A DNA stretch of 64,000 nucleotides from an uncultured virus (IMG/VR IMGVR_UViG_3300020165_000001) (taxonomy: Duplodnaviria > Heunggongvirae > Uroviricota > Caudoviricetes). Position 1 is the stretch's first letter; every line of letters starts with the position of its first letter. The notes beneath the pieces were generated by a model. It did no database searches. It had not been told where the DNA came from and was given only the letters and a program-made list of their open reading frames with translations. Below, piece by piece: positions 58,601 through 64,000 of this stretch. A program made the position numbers and the translations under genes. The stretch lies in the IMG/VR virus record IMGVR_UViG_3300020165_000001; one strand, 5' to 3'.

Positions 58601-61600
58601 GTATGGAGAAGTACAAAAGGTAGGTAATGTATTTAAGTTTGTATATCACTATACAGAAACAGAAGGTAAGTTAAAAGGCAACACAACATATTTAAAGTTT
58701 GCTGTACACACGTTAACACCTAAGCTAGAATCCACAAGTCCTTATCTTAAAAACATAGGAGATATGCTTAGAAAAAGACAAGAGCAAGTTCAAGAAATGT
58801 CTAACACTCCAGGTAACCTTGTTATAGCTGCATCTGAATCTGCTGCTAAACTATTCTTTGATGGGCCTTCTGGTAAAACAGGAAGTAAGTATGTATACGA
58901 TGTTTCTACATCTGAAAACATAGATCAGATAATGGCTAGTCAAGATGAGATATATAAAGGAGACAATGGTTACCAAGCATTATCAGGAGAGGGATTAGGT
59001 ATACAGTTAGAATTAGATAAGCAAGCAAGTGAAAGATTCTTTCCTTCTCAATTATTCTACAACTTAGCAACAAACATAGAAACTAAAGAGGAGCAAGCAA
59101 TTGTAGAGGAAATGTTTATATTACGACAAAGAGTAATGGAAGCAAACAATTATTCTAGAAATAATGCTGGAGAACAAAATGGCCTTATTGTAGATAACAT
59201 GGCTACAGAATCACAAGTCCTACAAGAGAGAGATGGATTTAAGTCTTCTGTAAGCGCAGATGTATTTGGTGTACTACTAGACTCTGTTTTTCCTAAAGTT
59301 GATCCTAGATATCCTTTTGTTAATGCGTCTTATAACTCTATAGCAACAGGACGTATAACACACAAAGGTACTAAAATGTACACTAAAGGTTCTATTGCTT
59401 ATCAATCTGCAAGTCTAGGTATGGGGTTACAATCTTATAAAGAAGGTTTATTTAAAGGAGATGAGAGTGTAATTGCTTCAGAAGCTATTGTTCCTGGATA
59501 CTTACAAAAAGATGGAGTTAAAAAAGGAGACTTGTTTATCGGCACAAGAGTACCTGCTCACGGTAAAGTAAGTAGTTCTATTTTTGTAGTAAAAGATTTT
59601 CATGATCAAATAGGAAACTCACCAACATCTAATATTACTATACCTGCACATGTAAGTAAGAATTGGGGAGCCGATTTAGATGGCGATTCGGTTCACATGA
59701 ATTTTAAATGGACAAACGCAGAAGTTAAAAAGAAAGGTAAAGAATGGAGAGAGTTTTCTAATGAGTTTTTTGACAAGTATGTACAGTTAATTAGTCAACC
59801 TAAAAGACAGGCTGAAATTAAAGCTGATATTAACTTTGAAAACGATGCTAAGGCAGCTATTGCTAAAGCAGAAAGTGTTTATGGCTCTAAAGCTAAACAA
59901 GAAGAGTCACAGCTTACACCTATGGGCGATGCGCAAATGTTTGAAGATAATGTGCCAGCAAAGAATTTAGTTGGTATAATCGCAGCATTACAAAGAACGT
60001 TTAATATATTTTCTAACACAGAAGAAAAACTACCTTTTAGTATAAAGATTAATAATAAAACGGAAGACAAGTTTTTTGATGATTCTTCATTAGAAGGTGG
60101 TGTAGGTAATTGGTTTGGTGTAGCACAGCTTCTTAATATAGCATTAGACAACGCTAAACATCAATTTGCTGGGAAGCTTGGTATAGATATGCAAAGTGTA
60201 TTCCCTTATGTTACTTTAAGAAGATTAGGGTATTCATTAAATGATTTATCAGTATTATTTAATTCTCCTATAGTAAAAGAGTATATGGAGTTTAAAAGAA
60301 GTAGAAGTAAAAACTATATATCAAAAGATAGTGATATTAAAGAAATGTTCTTAGAAGATCAAACTATAAACTTTAACGAGTTAGTTATGTTCTTAGAAAA
60401 AAGAGGTGTAAAAGGATTAACTACAAAAACTGAAAAGGGTAGAGCTTACAATCAAAAGACTTGGGATAAGTTAGCTAATAGAATTACAGGGGGTATTGAG
60501 ATAAATTTAGATGCATTGTCTAAAGAGGACGCAACGGCAGAGATTGACACTATACTAATGCTATATGGTTTAAACAAATACAATCAAGATATAGTAAGGC
60601 CTTTTTCTAAAGCGTTTACTGTACATCAAACTATAGAAAAGAATCCTTTAGAACTTAGAAAGATAAGAGATGATATAGCAAGAATACAAGCTGGTCCTGT
60701 TATTATAAATGAAAAAGCTAAAGCTGGTGGATTAAACATATCTTACACATTAGGAGCTAGTTCACGTAATAGCATTGTACAGCATGCTATGGGATTATTT
60801 GATAGTGTATTAGAAAGAGCACAAAGAACTGATATAAGATATACTCAGTATATGAGAGATATTATTAATGATGCTACTTTTGAAGAATTAAATAAAAATA
60901 AATTAACTAAGCCAAAGATTATAAATCAAATTATAATAAATAACTTAAACAAGAAAATTGAGTTTTTAAGACCTTTTGCACAAAAAGATAGCCCTACACT
61001 AATAGAAGAATTTAAATTATTACAAGGACGTAATAAGGAAAATAAATTCTTAAATAGAATTATAGAGGTTAATGAAAAAGGAAACAAAGTAGTTATTAAT
61101 AGAGCTGAGATTACAGAGTTTACATCTTATAAGGCTATAGAGCAAATAAAAGAATCCTTTAATCAACTTACTGAAACTGAAAAAGATTTTGTGTTTGCAT
61201 TAGAAGCGCAGTTTAATGGATTTGGATTTACAGGAGGAGCTGGTGCTGCTGGGTCTTTTGTGCCTTTCTTTGATGACGTGTATATAGATAAAATAAATAA
61301 ATCTATGTCTGCTATTATAGAAGAAAATCAAAATAGAGAAGCAAACTTAGTAGGTTTATTTGCAACAGAGTATACAGATGCAAAAAACATGATTGTAAAG
61401 AAAGCTAAAAAATACTCCACTGAAGACAAGATAGACATAGCTTCTAAGCTAGACAATTCTTTTGTAGACCCAACAAGAAAAGCTAAAAAGATAATATCTT
61501 CTGATACTTCTTATAATAATGATTATTTAGGAAGTGGTGTTAGAATGCTAGATATAGATACTTGGGCTAAAGACAAAGGAATTGATTTATCTAAAATATC

Positions 61601-64000
61601 TCCAGAATCAGATACATTTACTATACTAAGAAATAGATATGACACATATAGAGAGCAATATAGACTAGTTAAAGAGTTTGAAGCTAAGTTAGAAAGCAAA
61701 CCATTATCTAGCTATGAAATAGATAGCCTATATGAGCTAGGTGTTAAGTTTAGAAAGATGGACAACTCAGCTACTAAAGGTATTGCTCATGCTATAGAAA
61801 AAGAAATAGGACAAAGAGCATTTAGAATACAATCTGAAAAGCTTAGAAAATTAGGAGCTAAGCAGGGATACGAATACAATACTCCTGGAGTAGATGGTGT
61901 AGCACAAGAAGATATTAGTAATTTTCAAAAATGGCTGGGGTCTAATGATATGACATCTAAAAGGCCTGAAATGCAATATCTAATTAATGAGGTGCAAGAA
62001 CAGTACAGAGCTTACTTAAGATCCTTTACAAAATACAAGAATATTATAGAGAGTGCTAACAGATCTCTTGTCAGATCTAAAATGAGAAGTTTAAGTATTT
62101 TAGAAAGAGTTAGACAAGGTTTTGATGTTAATGCAAGATATGAGTTTATATATGGTAATATAGCAACATTAGAAAATGGCAATATAAGACTGCTAAGTGA
62201 GCAAGAAATAAATGAAAAAGAATTAACACAAGAAGAGATTAATTACTACAATGCTTTTAAAAAGATAGGAAGTGATTTATTAAATGTACAAGATGTTGTA
62301 GTTCCAGGTATGCAAATGGGCAATATAGAATCAATGTCTAGAAGTGGATTATTTGGACTATACAATACAACAATAGATTCTAGTGACTACAATAGAGTTA
62401 GGGTAAAAGGTGTTGACAAAAACGGAGACAAGGTTTATAAAACTTTTTACGAATGGAAGTATGATGTTTACAAAGGTAGGAGTGGTTCTATTACATTAGA
62501 GTCTGGTAAGAAAATAAATGAGTTAGAAAAGTTAAGAAAACTAGCTAAAGACTACAAGTCTAGAGGTATGCATATGGACGGAGAAAGTATTATGCTTTCT
62601 GACGCGGAGTATGATGCTTTAATAAACAACGGATCAAGACTTAAGAGAATGATGGGTGATGGAGCTATGAATAGTTTAGATGCCGAGTTAATACAAGAGT
62701 ATGAAAGAAGAAGAGGTGTTAAGGCTGCTACTACTAGTTATGATATACACTCTGGTATGCTAGAGTTTGTAAGAAGCTCATTGTTTATGCATGGTGAAAA
62801 CTTACAAGAAAATCCAAATGGCTTTGCTGGTATGAATAAAATGGCTGTTCTTACAGATTCTATTATAGGATTTAATAAAGGTTTAGATAATAAAAAAGCT
62901 GTTGAGTATTTAACTAAATGGTGGAAAGAAGGATTTTTAGAAAAGAAACAACAGGAGGGTGTATTTGGTAAAACAGGAGATAAAGTTATAGATGGCTTTG
63001 TTAGGCTTACATCACTTAGATTGCTTGGTTTTAATATGGGTGTAGGTGTTGGTAATATATTAGCAGGTAAGTATCAAGAACTACGTAAGCGTGGTGGTAA
63101 GCAATTTGCATTAGGAGAAAAAAGATATTGGGTTGATGGTAAAGACAAGTCTTGGAATCTATTAAAAAAACACAGGATAGTAGAATATAGTTTTGATGAA
63201 TTTATACACTTATCTGAAAGAAAGGGAATGTATGGAACATTAGAAAGATGGTCTTATATATTTATGGATAGATCAGAAAGTTACATACAAGGCTCTGCAT
63301 TTTTAGGAGAGCTTACACAAAGAGAGTATGATGGTCTTGATCCTATTACAGATAAACGAGTAATGCAGATTAATCATAAAATATCTACACTGCACGGAGA
63401 AGGATACACAGCATTAGACGCAAGCACACTATCTATGTATTCTTATGGTAGGGCGTTAATGCAATTTAAAAAATGGTTTGTTACTACACTAAGAGATAGA
63501 TTAAAGCCTGAAGATATAAATAGATTTGGAGAGGTTAATATAGGTAGTTACAGAGCATCTAGCGAATTTGTTGTAAATTTATTTAGAAAGTATTTTGCTG
63601 GAGAGATGACGAAGAAAAACATTATGGATATATTTAATGAGTCTAGCAAAGTAAGACAAAAAGAAATTATCAATCATTTAAACGGTATAGGTATAGGGGT
63701 AACTTTATTAAGTTTAATTGCACTTGCAGAAGATGATGACGATATTGATTCTACAACATTAAGAACAATGAAAAAGTTGTCTCATGATGTATTTGTAACT
63801 ACAGATATAAATAGATTTACAAATTATACAATAAAGCCTTCTGCTTACAGTACGTTAAGAAATTCTACTAAAGTTATAGGAGAAGCTGTTAGAGGTGATA
63901 AGGTTAAAAGAAGTGGCCCATACGGAGGCAAAGGAGAGTCACAAGCTATAAAAACACTTAAGTATGATATAGCCCCATTAGCTGAAGTTAGAAAAGATAT
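52617..64000 (+). CDS. Giant virion-associated DNA-dependent RNA polymerase with zincin-like domain (3'-truncated by the window)
   Basis: ATG52617; the same frame is open at the window end and no stop-bounded ORF is listed, giving at least 3794 codons. In frame: HELGH (55809-55823), GTRVPAHG (about 59541) and GADLDGD (DLDGD 59673-59687). Confidence 0.88.
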   Translation, partial: MAEDYRSGLNMLLGDLAKNDVNVPSPEEAISQQYDAPMEGPSTLSSVIQGLDISGQQDITFDRMAQGQAASQLGADEYGKLDELKYGSAPDQQIVDPNAMIGSTGERVGRGLKAGWGDLLYGTGETVDFINAWARPGDVEPSTSVGEWFQKIGTEYQNENALILSEDLKDITFQDMFKGEFWSSKISRLVPYAMSFVIPYGGGAKVGASLLGRFGVWSAKGISKANKLGKVGIPVGAMGKGIGMGGNGIKGSGILGKLAFDGGKKGYAQTKFMRNAGGFIGGGAAANMAEGAYLSGEAYSEMLHEVDADGNKLFTPEEAANHAAGVMYDNAKWMGVDMVQYGLLFGGIGKNMAKRLLLNPLKSNPFKASIKGLTAHTVRKVLPNLPAAGAYASVEGITEGIQETYQEWIKYANIQEAKGEDYESMTDWVKDEYGNYKPEIRDLFWSSVGLGGAMGGARGYFDSAAARHKALNEHQEAINTNAQIMDAAKTPDQQYVAEQMVQDNIISLNVWNYRGDGSIVMEYINNMVKDKKMDQQTADEYIQAVEQAEKNYEKHTVNSMLTEAGAKQAFFRETRKSRNQAQQALQIASYENDKAVTIENIKDDKKQKKALAILEQNHLSIMETLEQDMAVLNREIEDIYTLRVDEAPTAKSTGKRDARYKTQGLTKDEINIYSQEGAKEAEAEAKKKADAEPSIISKVVEGAKELGGKAVEGAKSLFGKAKEKATSEETKKAVEDIKKYTKEEITPSAKEKLVKALEAGKIGVKAALKIIGSGVNKIINNKDVKEAIEKFKQAKKETVEAAEEKKQESDEDVKKKDQTQVVPKTEEYSKTEEALKKKGIQLEAASISKVVDKEGKASTTSYMLKTATGKVIKFFTSKPFGAEALTNTPQNIKLNLVEPVAGKADVVEVNGKLYFQYQKGAPLYESKIQVIVGDKVIGQLEYQSYKEDTGPTKKAKKKDARTIDKVIGSVKQTKESFKKLLDKSFKNIPAQEDILINRNLEVYTHSGLGAAALTRSIVQKQFPGARGYVISSKLADDYGQEATSLAIGSVVLINENQVEQTDLIHELGHVYYGLMEDTPLMKRIKKLLPKSSLYQKTREEYPELTLMSYKGNNLTLGSIYRNVLNNKPDATNDVISIAENIAIAERQGDSARSTELFNNLRIQLKAQGVKDVRVDQQRHLLEETFTRTLEAYSKGTVNSVIKGSEAQELLKKDLIEFYKKTKKLATDEEAKRLLDLSVDNIQSLDLEASIKHILLDFNSGERTIPVVQNSAYGDIKRANKKAFSSRATYSAVSSYIGDFIGRSLTPTVMTNRVMKRIAEDSSLKVADVKQLREYVKAIIVQITRPADLKLADETLDNQLSDIGLDLNEKENMDQASESDQYKESNKIIALPTTTSNFIKKITEVYNFKNPDNVINRKKLLYDMYVIAKSTQNDPFDFIPTLRKSDSAEIMAMLRVLDGVYGKDKVLTNAKLMELKGPIEGINIEVLTQQALEIGYMGARKWKTYKTMSKTLEAGVINDVMNNLKENTAKGKRIAKIYDNLFYDSKENKFKEVLDENDINTAAKRVLSEILDDTNKGVLIDKDALLNARILFKGKRQTLSQILFNHTRFKNGKPNLENQSLMGITKEGKFAAKIGKYEAKGLIYGKQGELKVILTEGLVASRAINYLSMVDNVEGDGISVFNKENGLHNRAKNVATIINNETIIESDSVMHPDNNIYTDMAFRKKQAGVLANNDGKVTNNPFNFTIHSGMMRTLVTRADGVKYEGRASKLNSVTPSELIAGDFFSFLSKYNELMAGNEAMGIYDQAIAVFSDKSRRYYVESIIAHNDKMKKLLLTKVKNNPAYNAKYLKGSKVFPYTIENGKIKEMPALIKKWKSYANKNAELFKGNTDLKEVKNLDAALDAFLTSYIANKFMAQQLFVHDHRQSKDQIDYIKRAAGSIASHIVFDRNTQIEPIIIKDYFVDEEGNIGTDEKEDSAIENDAMGYVLPEQAKYIRAKYGEVQKVGNVFKFVYHYTETEGKLKGNTTYLKFAVHTLTPKLESTSPYLKNIGDMLRKRQEQVQEMSNTPGNLVIAASESAAKLFFDGPSGKTGSKYVYDVSTSENIDQIMASQDEIYKGDNGYQALSGEGLGIQLELDKQASERFFPSQLFYNLATNIETKEEQAIVEEMFILRQRVMEANNYSRNNAGEQNGLIVDNMATESQVLQERDGFKSSVSADVFGVLLDSVFPKVDPRYPFVNASYNSIATGRITHKGTKMYTKGSIAYQSASLGMGLQSYKEGLFKGDESVIASEAIVPGYLQKDGVKKGDLFIGTRVPAHGKVSSSIFVVKDFHDQIGNSPTSNITIPAHVSKNWGADLDGDSVHMNFKWTNAEVKKKGKEWREFSNEFFDKYVQLISQPKRQAEIKADINFENDAKAAIAKAESVYGSKAKQEESQLTPMGDAQMFEDNVPAKNLVGIIAALQRTFNIFSNTEEKLPFSIKINNKTEDKFFDDSSLEGGVGNWFGVAQLLNIALDNAKHQFAGKLGIDMQSVFPYVTLRRLGYSLNDLSVLFNSPIVKEYMEFKRSRSKNYISKDSDIKEMFLEDQTINFNELVMFLEKRGVKGLTTKTEKGRAYNQKTWDKLANRITGGIEINLDALSKEDATAEIDTILMLYGLNKYNQDIVRPFSKAFTVHQTIEKNPLELRKIRDDIARIQAGPVIINEKAKAGGLNISYTLGASSRNSIVQHAMGLFDSVLERAQRTDIRYTQYMRDIINDATFEELNKNKLTKPKIINQIIINNLNKKIEFLRPFAQKDSPTLIEEFKLLQGRNKENKFLNRIIEVNEKGNKVVINRAEITEFTSYKAIEQIKESFNQLTETEKDFVFALEAQFNGFGFTGGAGAAGSFVPFFDDVYIDKINKSMSAIIEENQNREANLVGLFATEYTDAKNMIVKKAKKYSTEDKIDIASKLDNSFVDPTRKAKKIISSDTSYNNDYLGSGVRMLDIDTWAKDKGIDLSKISPESDTFTILRNRYDTYREQYRLVKEFEAKLESKPLSSYEIDSLYELGVKFRKMDNSATKGIAHAIEKEIGQRAFRIQSEKLRKLGAKQGYEYNTPGVDGVAQEDISNFQKWLGSNDMTSKRPEMQYLINEVQEQYRAYLRSFTKYKNIIESANRSLVRSKMRSLSILERVRQGFDVNARYEFIYGNIATLENGNIRLLSEQEINEKELTQEEINYYNAFKKIGSDLLNVQDVVVPGMQMGNIESMSRSGLFGLYNTTIDSSDYNRVRVKGVDKNGDKVYKTFYEWKYDVYKGRSGSITLESGKKINELEKLRKLAKDYKSRGMHMDGESIMLSDAEYDALINNGSRLKRMMGDGAMNSLDAELIQEYERRRGVKAATTSYDIHSGMLEFVRSSLFMHGENLQENPNGFAGMNKMAVLTDSIIGFNKGLDNKKAVEYLTKWWKEGFLEKKQQEGVFGKTGDKVIDGFVRLTSLRLLGFNMGVGVGNILAGKYQELRKRGGKQFALGEKRYWVDGKDKSWNLLKKHRIVEYSFDEFIHLSERKGMYGTLERWSYIFMDRSESYIQGSAFLGELTQREYDGLDPITDKRVMQINHKISTLHGEGYTALDASTLSMYSYGRALMQFKKWFVTTLRDRLKPEDINRFGEVNIGSYRASSEFVVNLFRKYFAGEMTKKNIMDIFNESSKVRQKEIINHLNGIGIGVTLLSLIALAEDDDDIDSTTLRTMKKLSHDVFVTTDINRFTNYTIKPSAYSTLRNSTKVIGEAVRGDKVKRSGPYGGKGESQAIKTLKYDIAPLAEVRKD

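Noticed and set aside
54135..60151. Minus-strand ORFs at 54135, 54602, 57761, 58425 and 59879
   Set aside because: Antisense shadows of the giant + strand RNAP ORF, with no protein motifs.
1..64000. Stop-codon reassignment (TAG/TGA) as in some Crassvirales
   Set aside because: Hallmark genes are intact under code 11, and TAG/TGA end genes right at the next start (e.g. 2985, 26418, 39777).
1..64000. Prophage, integrase or diversity-generating retroelement
   Set aside because: No integrase, repressor, reverse transcriptase, host genes or long adenine-variable repeat pair was recognised in the window.

Overview
This AT-rich window is part of a lytic crAss-like (Crassvirales-related) podophage genome. 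A Bacteroidota, probably flavobacterial, host is inferred from recurrent TAnnTTTG promoters and A-rich leaders without Shine-Dalgarno sequences. There are three blocks. (1) 1-7680 (+): fibre/lectin, lysis and small virion genes plus a metallophosphoesterase. (2) 7670-25025 (-): early and replication genes, including GroES, a spore-photoproduct-lyase-like radical SAM enzyme, an ExoVIII-like nuclease, RusA, SSB, a Rad52/Sak annealase, HU, DnaB, DUF932 and many small ORFs; no DNA polymerase or primase is recognisable. (3) 25190-64000 (+): TerL, portal, scaffold, MCP, ring/tail-tube proteins, muzzle, ejection proteins, and a >3,790-codon ORF missing from the ORF track (52617 to window end) that carries an HExxH zincin motif and an RxP...GADLDGD two-barrel RNA polymerase active site. 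The most unusual signal is non-coding and lies in the early block. A TTTACTATT motif sits about 30 nt upstream of many early genes and is often fused to a conserved GGAGCC-TAAC-GGCTCC hairpin. A tandem array and scattered copies of multibranch structured elements are each closed by a long stem, mostly followed by a U-tract. Strand-specific ssDNA-type hairpins (GNA triloops, tandem G.A pairs) occur on the template strand. Together these may form an undescribed virion-RNAP promoter and small-RNA system. All function calls come from reading motifs by eye; no database search was run.
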